From Desulfobacterales bacterium (GTDB lineage Bacteria; Desulfobacterota; DSM-4660; Desulfatiglandales; Desulfatiglandaceae), in assembly GCA_014382905.1 (NCBI GenBank), contig JACNIU010000151.1, positions 1 through 62,176 of the forward strand: DNA of 62,176 nucleotides, in the 5' to 3' direction. A model generated the notes under the pieces. It was not told the origin of the DNA. It did no database searches and worked only from the letters and a program-made list of their open reading frames with translations. The position numbers and the translations under genes were made by a program. Of this stretch, positions 8,965-17,863 are shown one piece after another. Position 1 is the first letter of the stretch. Each line of letters begins with the position of its first letter.

Positions 8965-10407
8965 ATGGCTACTGTGGGAATAAGCGCATGCGGGGGTTAC
9001 ATACCTTACCTCAGGCTGGATCGAGGCGTCGTCGCCCAGATATGGGGAAGACATTCCATCGGCGGGGAAAGGAGTGTGGCCAATAATGACGAAGACAGTA
9101 TTACAATGGCTGTTGAGGCCTCAAGGAACTGCCTGGGAGGACAGGCTCCTGAACAGGTGGACGGGCTCCTTTTTGCCACGACCACTCCCCCCTACAAGGA
9201 AAAGATGAACGCCTCGCTGATTGCAGCCGCTGCGGACTTGAGAAGGGAGATCACTACGGCTGACTTTGCCCACTCACTGAGATCAGGGACCGCGGCCCTC
9301 AAGGCGGCCTTTGACTCGGTAAAGAGCGGTTCCATGGGAAATGCCCTCGTAGTGGCCTCGGATAGCCGCATCGGATATCCGAGATCAGACCAGGAGCAGG
9401 CCTTTGGCGACGGTGCCGGTGCCATTATGGTGAGTTCGGAGAACCTCTTGGCAACCTTGGAAGGGGGTTATTCCATCTGCAATGAGATGATGGACGTCTG
9501 GAGGAACCCGGAAGATACGTTTGTCCGGACCTGGGAAAGCCGTTTTATCTTAGGGGAAGGATATGCCAGCCATATGAAAGAGGCCGTTTCAGGGTTGCTG
9601 AAAAAATATGGTCTTGGGCCCAAAGAGATATCAAAGGCCATCCTGCCCGGCCCTGACATCCGGTCCCAGAAGACCCTGGCAAAACAGTTGGGCTTCGACA
9701 GCACGACACAGGTGCAGGACCCCCTGCTGTCGAACGTGGGGCATTGCGGTGCTGCCCATCCATTGCTGATGTTGGTGGACGCCCTTGAAGAAGCGAGTCC
9801 GGGCGACATGTTGCTCCTGGCCAATTATGCCGATGGCGCGGATGCAATGCTGTTCAAAGTGACAGACGAGATTGAAACAAAGAAAAACCAGCGCAGGGTG
9901 AAGGATTACATAAAGGAAAAAGCCCTTCTCCCCTCATATGCCCGGTTCCTGAGTTACAAGGGATTAGTTGAAACAGCCCCCGGAGAACCCTTTCGTCTGA
10001 TGCCTTCGGCAACAGTAAGCTGGAGGGACCGAAAGACCATCCTCAGATGCCACGGGAGCAGGTGCAACGCGTGCGGCAAGACCACCTTTCCGATTCAACG
10101 GGTCTGCTATCACTGCCATGCAAAAGACAACTTCGATGAAGTTCCCATCTCCCACCTAAAAGGGGAAGTATTCACGTTCACCTTGGACAACCTTGCCGGC
10201 AGGAGTGATGATCCTGTGGTGGTTCAGACCATAGCCGATCTCGGAGAAGACAAGATCCGGTTTTACGGCATGATGACAGACTGTGACCCATCTGAGGTCA
10301 GGTTGGGCATGCCGGTCAGTCTCACCTTCAGACGAATCTATGACGGCGCAGGTATGCATAACTATTTCTGGAAATTCAGGCCTGTGAGAAATGGGAGGAG
10401 TGAATAA
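8965..10407 (+). CDS. Archaeal-type HMG-CoA synthase-like domain fused to a C-terminal DUF35 (Zn-ribbon + OB-fold) domain
   Basis: ATG at 8965 follows AGGAGGAGATTAT. The N-terminus VGISACGGYIPYLRLDR...NNDEDSITMAVEA resembles archaeal HMGCS. The C-terminus CNACGKTTFPIQRVCYHCH...GEVFTFT is DUF35-like. See finding on missing catalytic residues. Confidence 0.75.
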   Translation: MATVGISACGGYIPYLRLDRGVVAQIWGRHSIGGERSVANNDEDSITMAVEASRNCLGGQAPEQVDGLLFATTTPPYKEKMNASLIAAAADLRREITTADFAHSLRSGTAALKAAFDSVKSGSMGNALVVASDSRIGYPRSDQEQAFGDGAGAIMVSSENLLATLEGGYSICNEMMDVWRNPEDTFVRTWESRFILGEGYASHMKEAVSGLLKKYGLGPKEISKAILPGPDIRSQKTLAKQLGFDSTTQVQDPLLSNVGHCGAAHPLLMLVDALEEASPGDMLLLANYADGADAMLFKVTDEIETKKNQRRVKDYIKEKALLPSYARFLSYKGLVETAPGEPFRLMPSATVSWRDRKTILRCHGSRCNACGKTTFPIQRVCYHCHAKDNFDEVPISHLKGEVFTFTLDNLAGRSDDPVVVQTIADLGEDKIRFYGMMTDCDPSEVRLGMPVSLTFRRIYDGAGMHNYFWKFRPVRNGRSE

Positions 10408-11594
10408 TGGGGAGCATAAAAGATCAAGTCGCCATCGTCGGAATGGGGTGCAGCAAATTTGGCGAGCGGTGGGAAAAGGGACCGGAAGACCTGGCCATCG
10501 AGGCGGCATACGAGGCTTTCGAAGACGCAGGGATCAGCAAAGACGATCTGGAGGGATGCTGGTTTTCTCAGGTCATGGCCCCTGTCATCGGGGTTTCAGG
10601 GACCGTTGCCGTCGACTCCCTGAAACTGGGAAATATCCCTGTCATTCGAAATGAGAACTGGTGTGCATCCGGCCACATCGCACTCCTTGAAGCGTGCATG
10701 GCGGTTGCCAGCGGGGCATATGACCTTGTGATGGCCCTCGGGGTGGAGAAACTGAAGGATACCGGGTTCCCGGGTCTGGGTACGGGAAGGGGGATGCATC
10801 CGGTGTACGAGGCCAGGAGGACCTCGCCGGGGTCGTTCGGGTTGATCGCCCAGCGGTATTTCAAGACCTACGGACTCACTGTGGAGGAAGGCCGGGAGGC
10901 ATTGGCCAAGATAGAGGTCAAGAACCATGATAACGGGAGCCTCTGCCCCAAGGCCCATTTTCACAACAAAATAACAGTGGAACAGGTCCTAAACGCACCG
11001 ATTATCGCCTGGCCCTTGGGCCTCTTTGACTGCTGCGGCAACAGCGACGGTGCCGCATGCGCCATTGTTACGACGGCTGAAAAGGCGAAGGATTTCCGGA
11101 AGGACCCGATTTTCCTGAAAGGGTTTGGGATCTCCACGGACGCCATGATACCGCACTTCAGGCCGGAGTTCGGCTGGACCAGCTTTGACGCCCTGGTAAC
11201 GTCTTCGCACAAGGCCTATGAAATGGCCGGGATCAAAGACCCCCGCAAGGAACTGGATCTGGCCGAGGTGCACGACTGCTTTTCCATCACAGAACTTCTG
11301 ATATACGAGGATTTCGGGTTCAGCCCCAGGGGAAAGGCCCGGGAGGATATTGATGCCGGGTTTTTCACCCGGGAAGGCGGTCTCCCGGTAAATATCGACG
11401 GGGGGCTGAAATGCTTCGGGCACCCGATCGGGGCGAGCGGGCTGAGAATGACCTACGAGGTGTACAAGCAGTTGCAGGGGAAGGCCGATCTGCCTGAACG
11501 GCAGATAAAAAACCCCAGGCTCGGGCTGGCACATACCTTTGGCGGGCCGCCGCAGATCAGCGCGGTCGCCATTTTCGGGAATGAGAAGGGATAG
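10407..11594 (+). CDS. SCP-x / nonspecific lipid-transfer-type thiolase
   Basis: Nucleophile segment NWCASGHIALLEA and C-terminal GGLKCFGHPIGASGL. The start overlaps the upstream stop (TAATG). Confidence 0.85.
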   Translation: MGSIKDQVAIVGMGCSKFGERWEKGPEDLAIEAAYEAFEDAGISKDDLEGCWFSQVMAPVIGVSGTVAVDSLKLGNIPVIRNENWCASGHIALLEACMAVASGAYDLVMALGVEKLKDTGFPGLGTGRGMHPVYEARRTSPGSFGLIAQRYFKTYGLTVEEGREALAKIEVKNHDNGSLCPKAHFHNKITVEQVLNAPIIAWPLGLFDCCGNSDGAACAIVTTAEKAKDFRKDPIFLKGFGISTDAMIPHFRPEFGWTSFDALVTSSHKAYEMAGIKDPRKELDLAEVHDCFSITELLIYEDFGFSPRGKAREDIDAGFFTREGGLPVNIDGGLKCFGHPIGASGLRMTYEVYKQLQGKADLPERQIKNPRLGLAHTFGGPPQISAVAIFGNEKG

Positions 11595-11625
11595 GAAGGG
11601 ATTGGCTCAAGAGAAACTCATATCC

Positions 11626-12564
11626 ATGTCCGAGGCCATCGACCGCTATGTGAGAGATGGAGACGTTGTATATCTGGGTGGCTTCATCCAGCAGGAGCCG
11701 TTTGCAGCGGTCCATGAGATCATCAGACAGGGGAAGAACGATCTCACAGTCTCAAAGTGTGCGGCCCTGATACTCGTGGATCAGATGATCGGGGCAGGGG
11801 TGATTCGTCATCTGATCACCACCTTCACGTGGAATCCTCTGCCGGCCCCGGCACACTGTTTCGTCCGCGCCCTGACCAGAGAGGTCCCCCACAGGATCGA
11901 AATCGAGGAATACTCCATCCTAACCCTGAACCTGGCCTATTTTGCAGGGGCTCTAAATCTCCCCTATGTGGCGACCAAGACCCTGTTGGGCTCCGGATTT
12001 GACAGGGAACAGAGCGATTCCGGGGTCAGGAGCAGGTTGAGATTTGAGACGTCTCCGTTTACCGGTGAACGGGTCTGTCTGGTCCCGCCGATAAAGCACG
12101 ACGTGGGGATCATGCAGGCCCAGAGATCAGACCCATATGGGAATACCCAGGCATGGGGGATGTTGGGGGAGGTTCGATACGCCCTGCAGAGCTGCGACAG
12201 GCTCATCATATGTGCCGAGGAGATCGTCGATACGGATGTTATCATGCGCGACCCCAACCGCACTCTTGTGCCGGCGTTTCGCGTGAGTGCCGTAGTGGAG
12301 GAACCATGGGGAAGCCACCCCGCGCCCATGGCCGGATATTATGACATGGACTGGCCCTACAATGCCTATTACGAGAAAGAAACCCGTACAGAGGATCTGT
12401 TTCAAGGGTTTATGAACAAATGGGTTTATGACACGAAAGACCGAAAGGATTATCTGAATCTGGTCGGGGAAGACCGGTTGAAGGCCCTTGGCCCGGAGCG
12501 GTTTGCGTCAGACCCCGTTTCCTACGGCAAACTCACCCGTCATATCAGGACGCCATATGTCTGA
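11626..12564 (+). CDS. CoA-transferase subunit A (glutaconate CoA-transferase family)
   Basis: MSEAIDRYVRDGDVVYLGGF... is typical of GctA-like subunits. The start is uncertain: ATG 11581, TTG 11602 and ATG 11626 are all in frame. Confidence 0.8.
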   Translation: MSEAIDRYVRDGDVVYLGGFIQQEPFAAVHEIIRQGKNDLTVSKCAALILVDQMIGAGVIRHLITTFTWNPLPAPAHCFVRALTREVPHRIEIEEYSILTLNLAYFAGALNLPYVATKTLLGSGFDREQSDSGVRSRLRFETSPFTGERVCLVPPIKHDVGIMQAQRSDPYGNTQAWGMLGEVRYALQSCDRLIICAEEIVDTDVIMRDPNRTLVPAFRVSAVVEEPWGSHPAPMAGYYDMDWPYNAYYEKETRTEDLFQGFMNKWVYDTKDRKDYLNLVGEDRLKALGPERFASDPVSYGKLTRHIRTPYV

Positions 12565-13372
12565 TACAAATGAAAAGGTCACGCCCATCGAGCAGATGAT
12601 CGTATCTGCCGCAAGATTGATAAAGGACGAGAGTGTCCTGATGGTCGGCACCCAGTGGCCCATCATTGTATCCCTGCTGGCCAAATCCCTCCATGCCCCC
12701 GGCATCACCATCTGTTATGAGGGTGGCGTTATCCTGCACAAGGTCCCCGAGCGTATCCCGCTTTTCACGGCGGACCCGGTAGTCAACTCGAGTTCAGTAC
12801 TATTGGGCAGTTCCTTTGACACATTGGGCGCCGTCCTTCACGGCGGAAGGGCCGACATGGCGCTGTTGTCGGCCGCCTCGGTGGATCGTTACGGAAACAT
12901 CAATACGACCTGTATCGGAGATTACACATGCCCCAGGGTCCGTTTCGGGGGGAGCGGCGGGGCATGTGATTTCGGGAGCCTTGCACCCAAGACCGTCATT
13001 ATCCTTGAACATGACCGGCAGCGGTTTCCCGAGCAGGTTGATTTTATCACGACCCCCGGTTACCTGAAGGGAAAGGGGGATCGCATTCGGGCAGGTCTCA
13101 GACCGGACACCGGTCCCTATGCAGTGGTCACAACGTTGGGGCTTTTTCAATTTGATGAAGAAGGCGAGATGGTACTCAGGGCCCATAACCCCGCTGTATC
13201 CATTCGGGAGGTAAAGGAGGGTGTTCAATGGGACCTGAAGATCCATAAGGACGTGCGCCCCCTTGATCCCCCAAGTGAAAAGGAATTGCGCGTGTTGCGG
13301 GAGCAGCTTGATCCGGAGGGGATGTATTTGAGGGATGCGAGACGACTTAATGAAAAGGAAGGCGTCATCTAA
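12557..13372 (+). CDS. CoA-transferase subunit B
   Basis: ATG at 12557 overlaps the subunit A stop (ATGTCTGA). The sequence MSDTNEKVTPIEQMIVSAARLI... is GctB-like. Confidence 0.8.
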   Translation: MSDTNEKVTPIEQMIVSAARLIKDESVLMVGTQWPIIVSLLAKSLHAPGITICYEGGVILHKVPERIPLFTADPVVNSSSVLLGSSFDTLGAVLHGGRADMALLSAASVDRYGNINTTCIGDYTCPRVRFGGSGGACDFGSLAPKTVIILEHDRQRFPEQVDFITTPGYLKGKGDRIRAGLRPDTGPYAVVTTLGLFQFDEEGEMVLRAHNPAVSIREVKEGVQWDLKIHKDVRPLDPPSEKELRVLREQLDPEGMYLRDARRLNEKEGVI

Positions 13373-13460
13373 AGGGCAGGCCATGATGGTAATGATAATG
13401 GCGTGATGGCGTAGTGCAGTACTAAAGTGGTGGAATGTTGCAATTGGATGCGGAGGGCTC

Positions 13461-14246
13461 ATGGACTTTAAAGATATTATCTACAGGAAGGAAGATGGGA
13501 TAGCCCATATCATCATTAACAGACCGGAGAAGCGAAATGCCCTTAACCGGGCCGCCAGGCTGGAGATGATGGAGGCCTTGGGGGATGCGGAAAACGATAT
13601 GGCCGTAAAGGTGCTGATCCTTTCAGGCGCCGGGGAAAAGAGTTTTATGGCAGGGTCTGACCTCAACGAGCTTTCAAAATTTTCCCCCTTAGAGATGGAG
13701 AGATTCACCTCAACGTTGGGGGGCAGGTTTTATACGAGATTCGAGCAGTCCGACAAACCCGTCATTGCCATGATAGACGGTCTCTGTCTCGGCGGCGGGC
13801 TCGAACTGGCCCTGGCCTGTGATATCCGGATCGCGTCGAACGCGTCCAAATTCGGGCAACCTGAGATGTTCCTGGGCATCATGCCCGGGAGCGGTGGGAC
13901 ACAACGGCTCCCCAGGCTTGTGGGACCGGGGAAGGCCAAGGAACTCATCCTTACGGGGAAGACCATCGACGCAACAGAGGCGCTCCGGATAGGGCTGGTG
14001 AATCAGGTGGTTTCACGAGATGGATTAGAGGAGACCGTAATGACCGTTGCAAAGCAGATCGCCAAACAGAGCCCCCTCGCACTGAAATGGGCCAAGAAGG
14101 CCATCAACATGTCCCAGGAAACCGGTCTGGGGGCCGGGATCGCCTATGAGACCTTGGCCGATTGCCTTCTTTTTTCCGGGAAGGATCGTGAAGAAGGGAT
14201 GAAGGCATTCTTTGAGAAACGAAAACCCCAATTTAAAGGAGAATAA
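13461..14246 (+). CDS. Enoyl-CoA hydratase/isomerase (crotonase family)
   Basis: [26 protein letters not shown]; FMAGSDL. Confidence 0.9.
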   Translation: MDFKDIIYRKEDGIAHIIINRPEKRNALNRAARLEMMEALGDAENDMAVKVLILSGAGEKSFMAGSDLNELSKFSPLEMERFTSTLGGRFYTRFEQSDKPVIAMIDGLCLGGGLELALACDIRIASNASKFGQPEMFLGIMPGSGGTQRLPRLVGPGKAKELILTGKTIDATEALRIGLVNQVVSRDGLEETVMTVAKQIAKQSPLALKWAKKAINMSQETGLGAGIAYETLADCLLFSGKDREEGMKAFFEKRKPQFKGE

Positions 14247-14256
14247 GGATAAAGAT

Positions 14257-15402
14257 ATGATCGATTTTGAGCTTTCAGAGGAAAACCGTATCTTTCGCAG
14301 TGCTATTCGGGACTTCGCACAGAAGGAAATCGCGCCGCTGGTGGATGAGGCAGAAGAAACACACACATTCCCCAGACAACTGTTCCGGAAGATGGGGGAA
14401 CAGGGATTTCTCTGCCCGAGATATCCGGTGGAATTGGGTGGGGGCGGCGGCGACAAGATAACGGAATGCATCATGGTGGAGGAGATCAACAGGGTCAATG
14501 CGGGGATTGCGGCCGCACTGATGGCACAGAGCGGTCTCGCCACCCAGCCCATCTACCGGTTCGGGTCCGATGAACAAAAACAGAAATTCCTGATCCCGGC
14601 CATCAAGGGGGAAAAGATCGGGGCCTTTGGACTGACCGAGCCGAATGTGGGGTCGGACGCGGCCGCCATCCAGTCAAAGGCCGTCCGTGCCGGGGACAAC
14701 TACCTGATCAATGGGACCAAGATGTTCATCACCAACGGCCCGATCTGTGACTATGTGATCGTGGCCGCATACACTGACCCAACCCAAAGGGGGGTTGGTA
14801 TCAATCTCTTTATTGTTGAAAAAGGCACACCCGGGTTTACGGTCTCCCGGAAACTGGACAAGGTGGGGAACTGGTCCGCCGAAACCGGCGAACTGGTATT
14901 TGACGACTGCGCGGTTCCGGCCAAGAACATGATTGGAGAAAAAGAAGGGGGCGGGTTTGATCAACTGGCCGATACCCTTGTCTCAGGCCGGATAACCTAT
15001 GGCGCACGATGTACAGGCACTGCCCAGGCCGCGTATGACCTGACCGCGCAATATGCCAAGGAGCGGGTCCAGTTCGGGAAACCGATCGTAAAATTCCAGA
15101 ACACCCGGTTCAAACTTGCGGAAATGGCCACCTACATTGATATCATGCGGAGCTACACCTATCGGGTGGCCCGGATGTATGATACGGGAAAGAACGTCCG
15201 TAAGGAGGCTGCCATGGTCAAGCTCTTTACCGCGGAAATCGTTCAGAAAATCCTGGCCTATTCCATGCAGATTCACGGGGGGTACGGATACATGATGGAA
15301 TATCCGATCCAGAGATTCTGGCGGGATGGAAGGTTATACACTGTCACCGAAGGAACATCCGAGATTCAACGGCTGATTATCGCAAAGGAGCTGGGGCTCT
15401 GA
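14257..15402 (+). CDS. Acyl-CoA dehydrogenase
   Basis: ATG 14257 follows AAAGGAGAATAAGG. Motifs GLTEPNVGSDAAAI and MQIHGGYGYMMEY. Confidence 0.9.
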   Translation: MIDFELSEENRIFRSAIRDFAQKEIAPLVDEAEETHTFPRQLFRKMGEQGFLCPRYPVELGGGGGDKITECIMVEEINRVNAGIAAALMAQSGLATQPIYRFGSDEQKQKFLIPAIKGEKIGAFGLTEPNVGSDAAAIQSKAVRAGDNYLINGTKMFITNGPICDYVIVAAYTDPTQRGVGINLFIVEKGTPGFTVSRKLDKVGNWSAETGELVFDDCAVPAKNMIGEKEGGGFDQLADTLVSGRITYGARCTGTAQAAYDLTAQYAKERVQFGKPIVKFQNTRFKLAEMATYIDIMRSYTYRVARMYDTGKNVRKEAAMVKLFTAEIVQKILAYSMQIHGGYGYMMEYPIQRFWRDGRLYTVTEGTSEIQRLIIAKELGL

Positions 15403-15441
15403 GAGATGTGAGAGGTGTGAGAGTCGTCAGGGGGGGTTACC

Positions 15442-16548
15442 ATGGAAAAATGGAGGTTTGTGGAAGTGGACTGGTTGAGCTATGCGGAAACGGCAATCTA
15501 CAGACCGGTCCTTATGCGCGCCGTGAGCGAAGGGGCGGTCCAGGAGACGGTCTCCTTTTGCAGGTTTCCGGTACCCAGCCTGGTCCTCAATTTCTTTAAC
15601 GACCCACAAAAGGAAATCAATCTGGGGCTTTGTAAGAGAAAAAACATCCCGGTGTATCGAATCATCTCCAGCGGGGGCCCGATCTTTGGAGATACCGGGT
15701 ACATCTTTACCTTCCTGCACCTGAAGAGAACCAATCCAAAGGTTCCCCCGGACGTCCCCAAGATGTTTGAAAAGACACTTACCGGGATTGCACAAGGGAT
15801 TTCGGATTACTTTGGAATCGAGAGCCGGTTCAGACCGCTCAACGATATCGAAGTCCGATGCGATGATGGCGCCTGGAGAAAAATTGGCCCCTCTTCCTGT
15901 TTTTATGAAGAAAAGGCAATCCAGATGGGTTCCGGAATTCAGGTGAAGGCTCCTGATGTCGATCTCATTGCCGAGGTCATCTCCGCGCCACCCGAGAAGT
16001 TTGTGGACAAGGAGGCAAAAAGCATCCAGGAGAGGATAACATATCTTGAAAAGGTCGTGGGGAGAGAGATTGATCTCAGGGAGATTAGAGATATCTATGT
16101 GGCTCAGATCGAGAAGGTATTCCAGGTAAGATTGGATCCCGGAGAACTCACAGATAAAGAAAGAGGATATTACGGTGAAATGGAGAGGGAGTATACCAAT
16201 GAGGATTTTTTCATGGAGCGGGCCGAAGAGACGTTGGGTGTTATCCCTCAGGACGTTACCCGGAAAATGATTCAGTTCAAGGTCCCGGAAGGCCCTTTTA
16301 TGAGGATCATTGTCTTGACAAAAGACAATCGAATCAAGGATATGATTATCTCCGGCACGATTCACGCCTCTCCTTTAAGGCCCACCACGCCGATTCACGA
16401 GATTGAAGCGGCACTGAGAGGTCAACCGATTGACAAAGATCTTTTTGAGTCCAGGATTGGCAAAGTGCTGACCCGCCAGGGCTTTCATATCGCCAAGGTT
16501 TCCGCGGAGTTCTTGGCAAAAAAAATCTATGATTGCGCACTCTCCTGA
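15442..16548 (+). CDS. Lipoate-protein ligase A (LplA/BPL-LPL) family protein, paralogue 1
   Basis: Two-domain LplA-like layout. RPLNDIEVRCDDGAWRKIGPSS corresponds to the LplA adenylate-binding lysine segment. The C-terminal IISGTIHASP resembles the LplA accessory domain. Confidence 0.7.
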   Translation: MEKWRFVEVDWLSYAETAIYRPVLMRAVSEGAVQETVSFCRFPVPSLVLNFFNDPQKEINLGLCKRKNIPVYRIISSGGPIFGDTGYIFTFLHLKRTNPKVPPDVPKMFEKTLTGIAQGISDYFGIESRFRPLNDIEVRCDDGAWRKIGPSSCFYEEKAIQMGSGIQVKAPDVDLIAEVISAPPEKFVDKEAKSIQERITYLEKVVGREIDLREIRDIYVAQIEKVFQVRLDPGELTDKERGYYGEMEREYTNEDFFMERAEETLGVIPQDVTRKMIQFKVPEGPFMRIIVLTKDNRIKDMIISGTIHASPLRPTTPIHEIEAALRGQPIDKDLFESRIGKVLTRQGFHIAKVSAEFLAKKIYDCALS

Positions 16549-16634
16549 CTCAAAAAGAGAAACGATCGGGGTACTCACCTATTTGACGAGGTCTGTATCT
16601 GTATAATGAGTTCCAGGCATAGTGAGGTGTTGAA

Positions 16635-17843
16635 ATGATAAAAGAAGTCATAGAACCGCTGAGGGCGCAGCTTGAAAGGCTTAACCAGATAGCCTTTTAT
16701 AAGCAGAAGATCGAAAATGCAGGGATTCACCCGTCGGACACAAAGGCCTTGGATGATTTCCAAAATATTCCTTTCACAACCACCTCCGAGCTAATGAAAG
16801 AGCTGAGGAAAAAGCCCTCGGAATCTTCTCTCTTTTCTGATGACGTGACCCGCATCAATTTTTCTCCATCAGGACACGACCTGTATCCGGTATACCACAC
16901 CCATAATGATCTCCAAAAGATGCACCAGGTCTGCGGCCGTTCCTTAGAGGCCGCGGGTGTCCAGAAAGGGGATATCTGTGCGGTAACGTTCGGATACCAT
17001 CTCTTTATTGCCGGGCTCTTCTACCAGGGACAACTGGAATACTACGGGGCCAAGGTCATCCCTGTGGGTCCGGGTGAATCCGAGAGGGCCGTCCAACTCA
17101 TCAACGACTACCAGGTATCCGTCCTGATTTCAAATCCTACCTTCGCGATGAAATTGACCCAAAAAGGAATCCCCAGTGTGAGGATTCTGTTTGTGGGGGG
17201 AGAACCGTTTACATCAGTGGAGGGGTATCCGGAAAAGGTCCGGGAGGCCTTTGGAAGAGAGATCACCATAATAGATTCCTACAGCATGGCCTTATGCATG
17301 CCGATTGCCCGCAGTTGCACACATGGAACAGGGCTTCATGTCATGGACGATTTTGTTTATGCCGAAGTCATCGATCCTGAAACAGGCAACGCTGTCCCTT
17401 ATGGGGAGAAGGGTGAACTGGTCTTGACCCACCTGCACAAGGAGGCCGCCCCTTTACTGCGATACCGTACCGGGGACCTGACCCTTTTGGAGAAAAAGAG
17501 ATGTGAGTGCGGAAGAGAGTTGACGTTGCCGAAGAGCGTTTTTGGCCGTACCGACGAAATGCTCAAGATAAAGGGTGTCAAATTCTGGCCGTCGCAAATC
17601 AGTGGGATTCTTCGGGCATTTCCCGGACTCACGAGCAGATATCAGGTGGTCGTCAGAACAAAGGGCGGAGTAGATTTTCTCCGGTTGACGGTGGAAGGGG
17701 ATGATACATCAAGCCCGGGTATCGATGAACTGTCAAAACGGCTGAAGCAGGAGACCCTCCTGGCCTTTAACGAGATACGCGTCGCAAACAAATTAGAGGA
17801 AGGGCCGGCAGTGGTCGATGAACGCAAGGGGAGGCGTTTTTAA
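16635..17843 (+). CDS. PaaK-like (phenylacetate-CoA ligase / coenzyme F390 synthetase family) adenylate-forming enzyme, divergent
   Basis: LRYRTGDLT and GRTDEMLKIKGVKFWPSQI are typical of the PaaK family. The N-terminus has the PaaK-type NIPFTTTSEL. The phosphate-loop segment is atypical (see finding). Confidence 0.75.
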   Translation: MIKEVIEPLRAQLERLNQIAFYKQKIENAGIHPSDTKALDDFQNIPFTTTSELMKELRKKPSESSLFSDDVTRINFSPSGHDLYPVYHTHNDLQKMHQVCGRSLEAAGVQKGDICAVTFGYHLFIAGLFYQGQLEYYGAKVIPVGPGESERAVQLINDYQVSVLISNPTFAMKLTQKGIPSVRILFVGGEPFTSVEGYPEKVREAFGREITIIDSYSMALCMPIARSCTHGTGLHVMDDFVYAEVIDPETGNAVPYGEKGELVLTHLHKEAAPLLRYRTGDLTLLEKKRCECGRELTLPKSVFGRTDEMLKIKGVKFWPSQISGILRAFPGLTSRYQVVVRTKGGVDFLRLTVEGDDTSSPGIDELSKRLKQETLLAFNEIRVANKLEEGPAVVDERKGRRF

Positions 17844-17863
17844 TAACATGAGGTAAAAAGCGG

